Assembly (NCBI RefSeq): GCF_009914755.1 | Contig: NC_060926.1 | Strand: one strand, 5' to 3' | Source: the human T2T-CHM13v2.0 reference genome, Homo sapiens | Length of the DNA stretch: 64,000 nt | In this document: piece by piece, positions 13,145-28,212 of the stretch | How positions within the stretch are numbered: the stretch's first letter is position 1 | Layout of the letters: each line of letters begins with the position of its first letter | The notes under the pieces: model-generated | What the model was told of the DNA's origin: nothing | Database searches by the model: none | What the model saw: only the letters and a program-made list of their open reading frames with translations | Translations under genes and position numbers: made by a program

Positions 13145-14257
13145 CTTTAGGGTTATAATACTATTTGTGGTTCTTTCAGAGTTTCAAGGAAGAGAATATC
13201 GTCTCCTAGTGCTAGGCACAGTCATCCATTTCTCAGAGTTTTGCCATTTAATAGAAAAATGTGAATAGTTCTGTAATTGGTGTGCCTGTCTCCAGTATTC
13301 CTGGGATATGGTGCCTTGATGGTGTGCAGTTTCATTTAGCCTAGCCAGGCACTCTTCAAAGCTGTTAGTATCCTCAAGGCAGCATTGCTTTCATTACAGA
13401 AATTCTGAAGATTGATGAACCGGACTATGGACAGTCTGCTCTTTTGCCTCGAGTAAGCCTTTGAAACCTTGTCCCCCTCGTTCTATTCTAGACCTACCAT
13501 CTGTGGCCGGTGAACTCAGGTTTTCCATTTAGAACAAGCCTCACACATTCCTTGATGGCATATGGCTAGGCCTCTAATGCATGTGTGTTGGCTAATTAAG
13601 GAAAAGAGATTTTTGCTAAAAATACAAGACAGGCCATACCTTGGTCAGGCTGGCTGCACATTAGCTACTGCTGTGGTCTGCCTACATTTGAGTTGTCAGT
13701 TGTTATGTAAAGTCTAAATTTCTAAAGGCTTTTTAAATAATATTTTTTTCCAATAATTTTGTTCAACATGGAATTGGATGGTAATAAAGAGGACAGAATG
13801 TAGAGGAATAACTGAATTTATTAAGGCATCATATTATTATTTAACCCAGTCTGTTATTTTTGAACCTATGTACTATTTCTTGTTGTTGCTTAATGTATTT
13901 TAAAAGTTATTTGTTTCTGATTCAGAGCAGAATCATGCAAATCCTTATAATTGATTTTGATTGTAGAGGATTTATAAAAGTCTACATAATGTTCATACAG
14001 AATTGTAGGGGGAAAGACTTCAAAGCATACCATCCAGAAATACATCCTTTATCATTTACTGCTTATACAGTGTCGTATTTTATACAGGTGCCCACACTAA
14101 TGCTTACACATCATGTGTGTCTGTACTTGGCACCTGCCCTTCTTGAAATGTTTTTAATAGAACCAGCCTCATCAGAGTGCCTGAAGACGGCTGTAGAAAG
14201 GTTATGTTTTATGCTTCATCTTCAGGATCTGTAAGTCATTGACCTGTGGGCAGTAGT

Positions 14258-15200
14258 ATAGTCACTTGTGCTGTCATATGACATATGCTGCATTCCTAAA
14301 AATGGCCACACCATGCAAAATCGCACAACAAAAGAAAATAACTTAGGGTTTGTGAGAAGAATGGGTTAGGGACACAACACTCAGAAATTTCATCAGTGAC
14401 ACTTTGAAAATAAGCTAGGAACCTAATAAAAACAGGAGCAGTTTTATACACATTAAATGGCTAAGAAATACATAGCTACTACAATAAATACGGCACTTGA
14501 CCTTGAAATGGACCTAACATTTGCTTGTAGTGGCTGTTGCTGTGTTAGCTCAGACTGTCATAACAAAATACCGCAGACTGTGTGGCTTAACAGAAATGTA
14601 TTTTCTCATAGTTCTGGAGGCTAAAAGTCCCAGGTGACATAAGTTTGGTTTCTCCAGGGCCTTCTTTCCCTGGCCTTTCCACCGTGTGTGCATATCCCTG
14701 GTGTGTCTTCCTCTTCTTATAAGAACACCAATCATATTGGAATAGAGTCCTACCCTTATGACCTAATTTAACCTGAATTACCTTATTAACAGCCTCATCT
14801 CCCAAGGCAGTCACATTGGGAGGTAGGGCTTCAACGTATGTGTTCTGGGGGCACACAATTCAGTCTGTAACAATGTCAGAAGGGTGGCAGTGAGTTACTG
14901 TGAAGTGCTGGAAGGAGGAAGATCTGAAATCAGAGGGAAAGTTGCAATGCCGGATGCGTGTGGCTCATAACTGGTGTGACTAAGGTAGCTTGGACATATT
15001 TGAAGAGAGTGTGAATGTGTGTGTGCGCGTGCACACGCGTGTGTGCATATATACTCCTAGGCCATTCAGTTCAGCCTGGTTCAGTTCTCTGTGTTCACCT
15101 AGTATTTCTGGCAGACAAAATCAGATATAAGCAAATATGAAATCCGTGTTAGGCTCACATTAGAAGACATTCACACTTTTACCACAAGCCTGGTAGCAGG
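14258..15200. mobile_element. TcMar-Tigger-type DNA transposon (subfamily uncertain), split by an MLT1 insertion
   Basis: gcattcctaaaaa...atgcaaaatcgcac...gggttagggacacaacactc; sequence resumes after 14872 with tgtcagaagggtggcag...gttcacctagtatttctg. Confidence 0.6.
14541..14872 (-). mobile_element. MLT1B-like solo LTR
   Basis: ataacaaaataccgcagactgtgtggcttaacagaaatgtattttctcatagttctggaggct...cacaattcagtctgtaaca. Confidence 0.82.
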
Positions 15201-15209
15201 ACCAGTGGG

Positions 15210-15450
15210 TCAGTATGGTGGTGAAGGCAGTGGGCTGTGGAGCCTGGGAGTCTGCATTGGAGTCTTCTCTCTGATAAAAACCTCTCGGGTATTTGGGAGG
15301 GTTGCTGGCCACTGGATTCGTAAAATGGACACATTAATAGTGTCTGCTTCATAGGGTTGTTGTGAAGACTAGATGAATTAATATATATAAATAAAGTGTT
15401 TAGAAAGATGTCTTGCCCATGGTATGGGGGTAGTGAGTGTCAGCTGCCTG
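15210..15450 (+). mobile_element. MIR
   Basis: gtaaaatggacacattaatag...catagggttgttgtgaagactagatga. Confidence 0.7.
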
Positions 15451-16204
15451 AAGGTTGTCGGTTTCTGTTGTTACTCACTTTGGGGTATCAGGAGCAGCAG
15501 CAAATAGCTATTAGTCTGTCACAGCCATGCCCTGGCCACATGGCTTCCTCAGAGCCACAAGCATGCTACCTAAGAGAGGTGGCTCTGATGTCGATCATTT
15601 TGAGGAGGAGAGATCCAAGAAGATGCAAGGAGAGCAGATTCTCAATTTAGGACGAAGCTCTGATTCTGTGGAACCCTAAGGAGGCGGAATCCATGTGGAT
15701 TCACAGGACTATCAACTTGGGCATTACTCACGCACAAGAAAAAGATGAAAAACCAACGCGAGTTCAGAGCCTCAGCACCTTTGGCTTGCTACTGTGTAGC
15801 GATGTGACAGAAGTGGATGAAGAAAGGTGTCCTACTTCAGTAGGGAGTGATGCCCACTGTGCCTCCAGAAGCCAGGACTTTTGAAGCACCACATGAGAAA
15901 TGTCAGAATACACAGTGAATGTCTTTGAACTTCAGAGATTTTAAATTTACCCAGGTGATTCTGAAGAGGACACGGCTTGCCTGCACCAGGAGGGACAGAG
16001 GAACAAAGCCTGGTCCTCTGTGGTGCTGGCTTTAGTAAAGCCACCTCTGCTGGGGCCTGAACAGTCTGATCAGCCTTAGGAGGTCAGCGTGACTTCTGGG
16101 TACAGGAGTTTGCTCTTAAATGTAATATTTATTGGTTACCTCCTGTGTGCAGGAGAAGTACAAGAGGCAACTGATCTTGAACAAATTTGAGAGTGGGAAT
16201 CGAA

Positions 16205-16375
16205 TCTACCTGGTTCATGGTCTGGCTCAAGCTCTGTTACCCCTAGCAAGTCTTTTAATGTTGCCAAGCCCCAGATTTTTCTTCTGTGAAAGGAGAATAA
16301 TAGCTACTATTTATAAAGTCATTTGGGATTAAGTGAGGGGATGTTTGTCTAATGTGCATCTCTCAGTGCTTGGTT
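16205..16375 (+). mobile_element. MIR fragment
   Basis: gcaagtcttttaat...cagattttcttctgtgaaaggagaataatag...gggattaagtgag. Confidence 0.65.
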
Positions 16376-17149
16376 CCCTTTCAAATGTGGTTGCAAAGTT
16401 GAGTAAGCAACAATTTCTGACCTTGCAGAACTCACAGGGACAATTGATTCTGCGCATTGGTAAAGTTATTTAATATCTTACAGGGAGCCATCAATTGTAA
16501 TACTCAAGCAAAGTGGTTTCCTTCTAGGGCCCCTTCCTTATGGCTCCAGTTATGGGTTATTCTGGGCCTTGTGTCTTACTTTGCCATCAAGAGAATTACA
16601 TTTTAGATTGTTGAAAAGGAAGCACTCTGTTACTTCCTCTTGGGAATCCCGTCTGGCTTGCCCTCTCTTGCTCTCCTTCTCTTTCATGCTTCCTTCCTCC
16701 CTCCTTTGCAGTCACTTCCCATTGTTATAGGGGTAGGTGCCTTCTGCTTGGAGCTGGAGTGTTTGATTTCCTCCTGGCTATTCGCCTTGCGGTTATTAGC
16801 TCATGGTAACCACATCCTGGCAAGGATTAAAAGAATCTTCAACCATTACTAATTTGTCTATTTGTCCTAAAACTTGGCGCATTGCACATGGCTCCTGATA
16901 TTCGAATATAACACCTAGGAATGTAAGGGTGAAGGAGTTTGTGCATAAGATGGTGGTAGTGGAGGATGGGCATTTGGACTAAGTAACAGGGTATCAAGCC
17001 ATTTCTCAAGTTGGAATGATTTGAGCAGATTCCAATTGACTATTGAAAGTAGGTTTGTGAGGTTTATTTGTAGGCCTTCCCACATCCAAATTCATAATAA
17101 GCCCTCCACATGATAGGAAACTTAACTAAAAGCAATTGGAGCCAACTAC

Positions 17150-17370
17150 TTTTATTCTATTTGATTTTTAAAATTTTTGTAGGTACATAAATGGGTATAT
17201 GTATTTATGGGGTATGTGAGATATTTTGACATAGGCATGCCACATGTAATAATCAGATCACAGAGTAAATGGGGTATCCATCACCTCAAGCGTTTATCCT
17301 TTGCGTTACAAACAATCCAATTATACTCTTTTAATTATTTTTAAATTTACAATTCAGTTATTATTGACTG
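17150..17370 (-). mobile_element. L1MA-type 3' end
   Basis: tgtaggtacata...tatttatggggtatgtgagatattttga...aaatggggtatccatcacctcaagc. Confidence 0.85.
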
Positions 17371-17789
17371 CAAGGTGAGCTGCTGGCAAATTACTGTAGA
17401 CTTGGGCACTATTTCTTATATTGCCTATTTACAATGTCCTAGCAGTGGACAAGGGAGGCTGTTTACTGCTGTTAGGGTTCAACTGTGTAGAAAAGCTAGT
17501 GTACTGTTCCATGGAGGATATACTGTGATTGAGGGGATGTTGCAGCATTAAACACTTGGTACACCATGACACACAGGCCAAGGTTAACAGCAGGATTGGC
17601 ATTAGAGGCTCAAGTCTTGGCCATATTCCTTAATTCTGCAAAGTTCTCTAACTCCTGTATGCCTTTAGCCACAGTTGTAATGAAGTTGCATATTTTCAGC
17701 TTACATATTAGTATATAATAGGTTTTCTTGCAGATGTAGTGGGCATTAATGCTGGCAGGAGACTTAGACCCTGAGAAGGGAGGGGAAAG

Positions 17790-17985
17790 AAGTATTTATT
17801 GAGGTATTTATACAGTTCAGTTGCTGTGATGGAGCCTTTACATTTAAATAACAATCCTTTGTAATATGTTAGATATTAAAAGTTCTTCTCACCCACAAAT
17901 AAAGAGAAGTAAAGAGAGGTGGAATACCTGACCCAACACCACACAGCTACTAAGCAGCAGAGCTGGGATTTGTACCCAGCTGAAG
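17790..17985 (-). mobile_element. MIR fragment
   Basis: tatttattgagg...acacagctactaagcagcagagctgggatttgtacccag. Confidence 0.6.
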
Positions 17986-18199
17986 CACAATGTTAGAGAA
18001 ATTCAGTAATAATATAATATTTTACGTATATATATAATATTATGTATTATATAATAGAAAATAATGTATTATTTTACTGCCTGCAGAGCAAACATGGAAA
18101 GGGGGCAGTTTGGTCTTTTATTTGCTCATGACAGCCTCCTTTCTCTTTCCTTTCCACCTCCAACTTATGAAGGGCTGGAGTTAAATTTGTTGCTTTCTC

Positions 18200-18410
18200 C
18201 TTGCCACCCATATTGCACTTCTAGTTGTTCTCTACTAGAGCACTTGGAGACTTGCCGTGTTCGCTGTTTGCATCCATCTCTGCTGTTTGACCGTCAATAC
18301 CTTGAGTTCTGGGACTGTGTCTTATTTATCTTTTCATCCCCACCACTCAGCACAATGTCTGGTGCTTTGTAAGGCCCCCCAAAATGTCCAGTGAATGAGT
18401 CAATTAACTG
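18200..18410 (+). mobile_element. L2 3' end
   Basis: ccttgagttctgggactgtgtcttatttatc...agcacaatgtctgg...tgaatgagt. Confidence 0.7.
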
Positions 18411-18600
18411 GACTTCAGGGATTGAAGTGAATCTCTAGGGACTAGAGGCCTGACTCTAATTAGAGAAAGCTTGAGTTTATTCTTTCAAATGGTCCTAGGG
18501 AAGACTGAGAAGAGGAAGGAGGAGGCAGGAAAGGGTTTCTGGAGGAGGTGACACTGCTGAATTTTCAATGGTGGTTACATGGACCAAATGGAGAAAAAAG

Positions 18601-18700
18601 GGGTGACTGGGGCACCAAAATTTCACAGATCACCACAAAAGAACATACTCATGTACCCAGACACCACCTGTACCCCAGTAACCTATGGGGGAAAAAAAGG
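18601..18700 (+). mobile_element. Short L1MA-type 3'-end fragment
   Basis: gcaccaaaatttcacagatcaccacaaaagaacatactcatgtaccc...acctatgg plus A run. Confidence 0.75.
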
Positions 18701-19863
18701 ATAAAATCACTGTTTTCTGGTGCTCAGAGTTTAAAGAGGAATCAGGCACAATAATTTAGCAGACAGCAACAGGAGCATCTAGCTTTCCCTGGGGACAGGG
18801 CTGAGTCATCATATTGCAAATGAGTGAGTGCTTGTTGGGTAGCAAACCAGATTTGAAATCAACAAATCTAAGAATTGGTCAATGTAGAGAGCTTCTTGTG
18901 AATAAATTTTATGATAGATTTGGGGGACAGAGTTACTATTGAAGTATATAGGCTAAGTGGGTTATATTACAATTTATATTATTTTTATTTTTCAAAGGAA
19001 CAGTGTTTATCTAGTGATACCCATGGGACAAGTGACCATCCTGTAGTAGGATTCTGCCAGACATTCCAACCTTGGCACATATACCATTAAGCCTTGCAGT
19101 GTTTATCATTGTTCTAGGTGCCGGGAGTCACTGAGATTGGAAATGCCTTATTTAGGACCTTTGGTGCTCATTATCAGTGGAACCCAGCTTTCATGCAGAT
19201 CTGTCATGGAACCTTCTCTCAGTTCTCCTTTCCTTCTCTGTGGGTGGCTGGGGGTGGAGCAGGAGTAGGTGAGGGGTTGGAGCAGGCCCCAATAGTAGGA
19301 GTGGTTTTGGCTTGTATCAGGTCCCACTAAGTGATCTGAAGCCTGGGATATGGTTTGCAGAAAAATAGAAACTGAGTGAGAAATTCTCAGTGTATGAGGA
19401 ATGTAGGCTATGTAGTATTTTATGAGAAGGTAGGAAGGGATTAAAACTGCACCTGTAGCACTAGTTGATAGGTCCAAACAGATCTCCAGAAGTAGCCAAA
19501 TGCAGAATTTCTTCTAACGTTGTCCTTTAGATGTACTTTTCAGTGGACACTCGTATTTCCCTTCCATTATTCATTGAGATAGTATTGCTCTACTGTTTCC
19601 TCTCCCATTTTAGTCGGGGAAATGTGTCCAACTTGAACTAATTTCAGTTCTTACTGATTCTAGTTCTGAAATAAGACTTGAACTTATGTGCATCATTTCC
19701 ACTGGATTGATTTAAAAATAAAATATTGTCTTATCTGGAATTATGAAGCGTTTACATGAATCCTGGCTAAATCTTTGGCGTATTAAAACCCAAAAGCTTC
19801 TCTTACTCCATGACAGTAAGTTGTTCTTTCTGTTTCTTTCCAATACTTACGTGGCTCAATAAG

Positions 19864-19866
<3 letters not shown>

Positions 19867-19906
<40 letters not shown>
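19867..19906. repeat. (TG)n microsatellite, ~20 units
   Basis: Directly visible. Confidence 0.97.
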
Positions 19907-19908
<2 letters not shown>

Positions 19909-20029
19909 AAGCATTTACTATCTGCTGGGTTCTGTATTTGCTGCTAGATGGGAAAACAGGATCTCTTCCCTTGATACATAAATGGTAATATCTCTTTATT
20001 TTATCATCATCCTTAGGATGAACAAACAA

Positions 20030-20170
20030 TCCTTCATTTCCTTATCCATAAAACAAGGCGATAACCTTAAAAACCTGATAAAGTTGTTATTTAATATAGT
20101 GATTAAATAAAATGATTCGTGTAAAGCACCTACGATATTGCCAAACACATAGTCAGAGCTCAAGAAAACT
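20030..20170 (+). mobile_element. MIR fragment
   Basis: atttccttatccataaaa...gtgtaaagcacc...cacatagtcagagctcaa. Confidence 0.6.
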
Positions 20171-20726
20171 AATTAATTTTGATCAATTCAATTAGTATTA
20201 AGGGCTGCCAAATGAATTGAATTCACCTACCTAATCAAATAATACCATTCTAAGCTTGCTTAATACTCTTGGGTATACATTAGTACCATGCCTTTTATCG
20301 GGGCTTTGTTTCTATTAAATCCCCAAATGTTTGAAGGTATAATTATTTGGCAGATTTGATATGATGATTTTTGTTGGAGGAGTTAAAGCTCATAGTTTTA
20401 TTTTCTTCTTCTTTTCCTTCTTTAAAGAAAAGCTTCTTGTTGAGAACATGATTTTCTGGCTTTCTGACTTTTAAAGTGGCATGTAATTTGAAACTGTGGT
20501 TCCTTACTTGTCTAAACAGTAGGGTGAGGTCCTTGTGGTAGAACTGGGAGGTTTCTATCTTAGGCCAAGAGGACAGCTCTGACTGCCAGCTCTACCTGCC
20601 TGTCTCTAGCACTAACCAGCCTCCTCAGCCTCGATTTCTTGAAACTTAACCTGAGTCAAAATAGTACCTTGAATTTAAAATGGGGCCATTAGAATTGTTC
20701 AAAACACATAGAGCACTGGTGCCTTA

Positions 20727-21087
20727 TGTATTAGTCCGTTTTCACACTGCTATAAAGATATTACTGGAGACTAGGTAATTTATAAAGAAAGGAGGTTTAA
20801 TTGACTCACAGTTTCTCTTGGCTTGGGAGGCCTTAGGAAACTTACAATCATGGCAGAAGGCAAGGGAAAGCAAGGCAGGCACGTCTTACATGGTGGAAGG
20901 GGAGAGTGAGAGTGAGGAAGTGCCACTTCCTCACTCTCTTTAAAACTATCAGCTTTCGTGAGAACTCACTCACTATCAGCAAACTGCCCCCATGAACCAA
21001 TTGGCTCCCACCAGATCCCTCCCTTAACATGTGGGGATTATATTCTGAGATGAGATTTGGGTGGGGACACAGAGCCAAACCATATCA
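20727..21087 (-). mobile_element. MSTA/THE1D-type MaLR solo LTR inserted in a MIR
   Basis: tgtattagtccgttttcacactgctataaaga...gagccaaaccatatca; near-TSD cctta/ccttg; MIR tail gtaagcacataataaatgttagctattat resumes after it. Confidence 0.88.
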
Positions 21088-21469
21088 CCTTGTAAGCACA
21101 TAATAAATGTTAGCTATTATACTAGTGATAGCACTATAGTAGCACTGTGATTGCCTCTGAAGCAAAGAAGGGCCTTCTCTGTGTGGACTCCCTTCTTGAA
21201 CAAGTTTTTATTCTTTTCCTAAGAATTTTATGAGAATTTATAACAATCCATTTCTCTCTGGCTTGTGCTGTCAGGTGGGGCTGCCATGCTTCTTCTCACC
21301 CCTTGGCCTTTGCTCAAGTTCTGCCCACCTGCCCCAACCTGGGATGCCCTTCCCCTACTGTGACAAATACCTGCCTCTCCATTAAGACTCAGTTCACCTT
21401 CATTTAGGAAACCGTGGATATTTACTGGGTGACGACTCTATGCCAGGAATGGTACTTAGTGTCTAATGA

Positions 21470-21616
21470 AGTTGCCTTAGAGAGGAGCACAGAGCGTTTA
21501 TTTGTGGTAACAGGAAGGGAGTCCAGGCAGGGACATAGGGAGGTAGAGTTAGGTAAGTCTCTCCTGGTTGTCTCCATCATCCCAGTGAAATAGGAGACAG
21601 GGACATCAGAGGAGAG
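21470..21616 (+). repeat. Copy A of a ~147-bp dispersed duplication (copy B at 23133-23277)
   Basis: Manual alignment: ~13 substitutions and 2 small indels, ~90% identity. Confidence 0.93.
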
Positions 21617-22074
21617 CAAATCATAAGCTGTGTGGCCTCCCCTGCTCCATGAAGGACGCCTCCTACCCCCATTCTCTTTTTCCCAAGCAGAGTTGATGGT
21701 CCCCTCATTTGTGTGCCCCTTTAATAGTAATGGCAACAGCCCAATGCTCTTGCTTAACATTTCTTTTTTATCTGCAGACTGTAAATTCCTTCATGACAAA
21801 GAGCCAGTCTTATCCTTTTTTGAGAACCCAGCACCTAGGACTGATTTGCAATGTGTTTGTTTCATTTACTGCCCAAATACATTTTGAGTGCCTACTTTAT
21901 GCCCAGCGGTCTTGTAAGTGCTTGGGATATGGTTTACATTTCACTGGGGAAGGACACAGTAGACAAATTCTCCCCATTATCTTCCCTTCAATTTCTTTTA
22001 TATTTCTATTTCTTTCCAGATACAGTCCAATCAAGATTTGTACATTAAAGTTCTCTTAATTTTTTTGTTTTGAA

Positions 22075-22285
22075 ACAATTTTTTTATTTTGAAAACTTAC
22101 AGAGAAGTTTGAAGAATAGTATAAAGAAATCCTGTATAAACCCACCCAGATTCACCACTGTTAACATGATGCCATACTTGCTCTGATGTTTTTTCTGTTC
22201 CTTCTGTACAAGTGTGCACACACACCTATACACACATACATACATACATACACATATGTTTTTCATGAACTGTTTGAGTGGAGGC
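22075..22285 (-). mobile_element. L1MC-type 3' end
   Basis: tttttattttgaaaacttacagagaagtttgaagaatagt...cacccagattcaccactgttaacat. Confidence 0.7.
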
Positions 22286-22289
22286 CTCA

Positions 22290-23340
22290 GATTACACTTT
22301 ATTTTGAAGATAAATAGAATCTTCTGGGAGATTGGTTGTGTGGTATGAGAGAAAGTGAGAATTCAAGAATGACGCTTGGGTTTTAGCCTAGGCAGTTAGA
22401 CAGAAGGAGTTGCCCTTGAGTGGGTTGAGGAAGCGTGAGGGAGGAGCAAACCTGGGGAGAAGTCCAGGATTTTGATTTTGGTCATGTGAATCTGGAGGTA
22501 TCTATTAGATATCTATGCAGAGGAGTGCTGTAGGCAGCTGGATAGGTGAATGCACAGTTCAGGGAGGAGGTGTGGACTTGGCAGTTGTTGGTGAATAGAT
22601 AGTGTGTAAAGCCTCGAGACGGTGCGAGATCTCAAAGAGAGTGAGGGTAAGTAGAGGAAACATCTGAGGATGGAGGCTTGAGACAGCCTCGTATGAGAGG
22701 TTATGGAATTGAGGAGGAGCTGATAAAGGAGGCTGTGAAGGAGATAGGTGAGTGAGGAGGCCAAGAGAAGAAGACATTCATCGTTGGCTGTGTCACTACT
22801 CACAGTCCATGTAGCAACATGCAAGTCATTCGGTGTCTGCCAAGAGCAGTTTGGGTGGAAGGTCTTAAGACAAAATGGAGGAGAGAAGTTGCAATGTGGG
22901 AACTCTCGAGAGGTTTGTTATAAAAGAGAGGTCCAGAAAAAGAGAATAGTCATTAGAGGAGGAATTTGGGGTTAAGGATTTTTTTTTAACAAGGGAAAAA
23001 TGATGGCTTGTTTGTATACTGATGGGAATGATCCAGCAAAGAGGGAAAAATGGATGATGCCTGAGAGGAGAGAAATGGCAAGAGCCGAGCCTTGCCCAGG
23101 CAGGAGGCGCTGGGGTGTGGAGCACAGTCAGGAGTTGCCTTAGAGAGGAGCACGGAGCATTCATTTGTGGTAACAGGAGGGAAGTCCAGACAGGGGCATA
23201 GGGAGGCAGAGTCAGGTAAGTCTTTCCTGGTTGTCTCCATCATCCCAGTGAAATAGGAAATGGGCATCTGAGGAGAGTGAAGAGGGAGGAGGAAGTATTA
23301 GCATTTTGAGGAGTGGGGAGAAAGTGTGAAACAATTTTCT
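22290..23340 (-). mobile_element. L2 element (long fragment; contains duplication copy B)
   Basis: Purine-rich reverse-L2 phrases: gaattcaagaatgacgcttgggttttagcc, gtaggcagctggatag, tatactgatgggaatgatccag. Confidence 0.75.
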
Positions 23341-25589
23341 GGAGGTGTATTGATTAATTTCTTTGTTTGGCCTATCTGCATGTGGGTGGCAGATAGTGAG
23401 GGCGAGGGACACAAGTACATTGTCGTTTCTGGGGAATAAGAGGTGTAGGTGCCAGTAGGGTGCGGTCACTCACAAGTCACTATGTCCCAGTCCAAAAGCC
23501 CAGGAGTGGGGTGGAAACTTCACAGTGTGATGAATCACTATAGGAATGGGAAACTAGGTTGAAAGCAGCGTTGGGAGGTTTGGAGCCCTCGCTCAGATAT
23601 TTGGTGCAGATTAGCTGCAGGCATTTGTCAGACCAGGCTGTGGAACTGATATCAACCAGTAAACTTTTTTTTTTTTTTTAATCATTTCCACATTGTTTAC
23701 AGGAAGAGAGAGGGCAAGTCTCTTATGTCCCTCAGTCAGTCTGTAGCTTTTGAAGATACTGAGGATGTAAAACCAACCTATGGAGCCTACTTTGCATATG
23801 ACCACCTTGAAGGAAAACGTTACCATGTTCATAAAGTACTTTTGTGTCTTTTAGTTCATTATCCAGTAAGCTGCTGAGGTAGTAAATTTTTGTTAAATTG
23901 GATGATGTTCCATTCTAAACTCCCTTCTCTCCTAAGAAATTCTGTGCCACATACTGAAGATGCTTAAGCTGCCACATGAATTTCTCTTGAGTTTTAGATG
24001 ATTTGATGCATTAGATGTTTTTATTTAATTTAAGCTTTTAATTTCAGGAAGCACATCCAGATATGCCTGCAGCCAACCAGACAGTTTTCTAAAGCTGTAT
24101 AAAAATAAGAGAGAAAGGAGAGAAAAGAAAAAAAGCAGCATGTTTTTATTTCTTTTCTAGTTTTTTCTCTTTATACTTTGCATATTATATCCTCATTAGG
24201 TGTTTTAGATCCAGGTTTCTTGCTTTTAAAAAAAGGTTTTACTTGGAAGACAACCAAATAAGCAAATAAAAACCGTAAGGGATGCATTGTAAAATCCTAT
24301 GGGTGTAAATTTTCTTGGTGCCTAAAAAGTAATCCTCGGCCTCTGATAATTATCTCAACATTTTTTTCCTAACATTATTAAATGTCTCTGTTTACAAGAT
24401 ATGATTTCATGGCTGAACTCAAATCAGAGACTTATATATAAATATAATAAAGTTTTAATCTGAACAAGAACAAAATAACAATTCCTTTGGTTAAATATAA
24501 TAAAGGTTTAATCTGAACAGGAACACAATAATTCCTTCGGTTATTTTTATTATGAAAATTTTGATTGCCCAAAAGAAGAGAGAATAGTATAATGAATTCC
24601 CATGTATCCATCATACAGCTTTGACAATGGTACACATTCTGCCATCTTCTTATGATATTAATTTTTAAAGGGAAAGTTGTAAAAATTATTTTGAAGACTT
24701 TGGTATAGTATATATTTCTTGGGAGGAAAAGTGGTGGTGTGATTGTCAAGGAGCCCGTGGAGTTGGGGGGGCACTGGAGAGCAGCCCTCACTTTTTTTTT
24801 ATAGATAAAACATATGGGATATAGGTTCAAGGTAATGTATTTAATATGGGTTGGGGCTTTCAAATTAGAGACCTAGAGCTTGCAAAGGTGTTTTTAAAAA
24901 AATCCTGTCTCTTAGTTCTCCATGGCCTCAAGTCCACCAGAGTCACCAATACTTCTTTTCCAATTCCTTCCTTGCGTGCCATGCTCTAGTAAGAATGAAC
25001 TGCTCAGAGTTATCTGTGCATTCCATCCCAGGGACCTCCACACCCCCTTTTCTTCTACGTTTGATTCTTACTCATTTCTTTGAAGTCTAGCTTAGGCACC
25101 CTTTCTCCTCTGAGATTTCTACTCATCACCCCAACCCTTGCCTGGCACAGGTATACCCACCTGGAGCTCCCATGAGAGCCCTCCCCGTCTCTGCTGTGCT
25201 CTGGATTAAGATCCAATCTGGAAACCCTGGCCTGCAGGGCTCTTCATGGTCCAGATCTGGGCTGTGGACCTGCCTGACTTCATCTCTCCCAGCTCCTCTC
25301 GCTGCGTGTCAGTGATGTCAAGGTGCTCTCTGCTTGCTGGGCTCGTTCCTGCCTCTTGGCCTTTGCGCTTGCTTTCCCATCATCCTGGAACGTTCTGCTC
25401 CACATTTTCAACTTTCTGCATCTCCCTAGTGCCCCCCAATCCATAGTCCCCTTGATAATCACAACGCCACTTTTCCGCCCAAGAAATATACTCTATGCCA
25501 ACTTCTGCGCTAATCATTGTCTTAGTTTGACTCACATCCTTGCCATTTAACAAGTATTCCCAAACACTATAATTTAGTTTTGCCTATTT

Positions 25590-28030
<2,441 letters not shown>

Positions 28031-28191
28031 AGACCTTAAATCATTTAATAACTATCATCTAGTACTGAAAAAAAAACGCGTGCTATGCAAACATAAGGTT
28101 TCAAATGTGGTCAGTCAGGATTTTGAAAACTAGAATTTTCATACACCTTTATTTTACGTGATGCATTATTTTAATATTGATGTGAAGTTAA

Positions 28192-28212
28192 ACAAGGTCA
28201 GTTTGACCTTGT
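28192..28212. promoter_or_regulatory. Perfect consensus estrogen response element (AGGTCAnnnTGACCT) with 9-bp palindromic arms
   Basis: acaAGGTCA-gtt-TGACCTtgt. The motif is certain; function is unproven. Confidence 0.65.
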
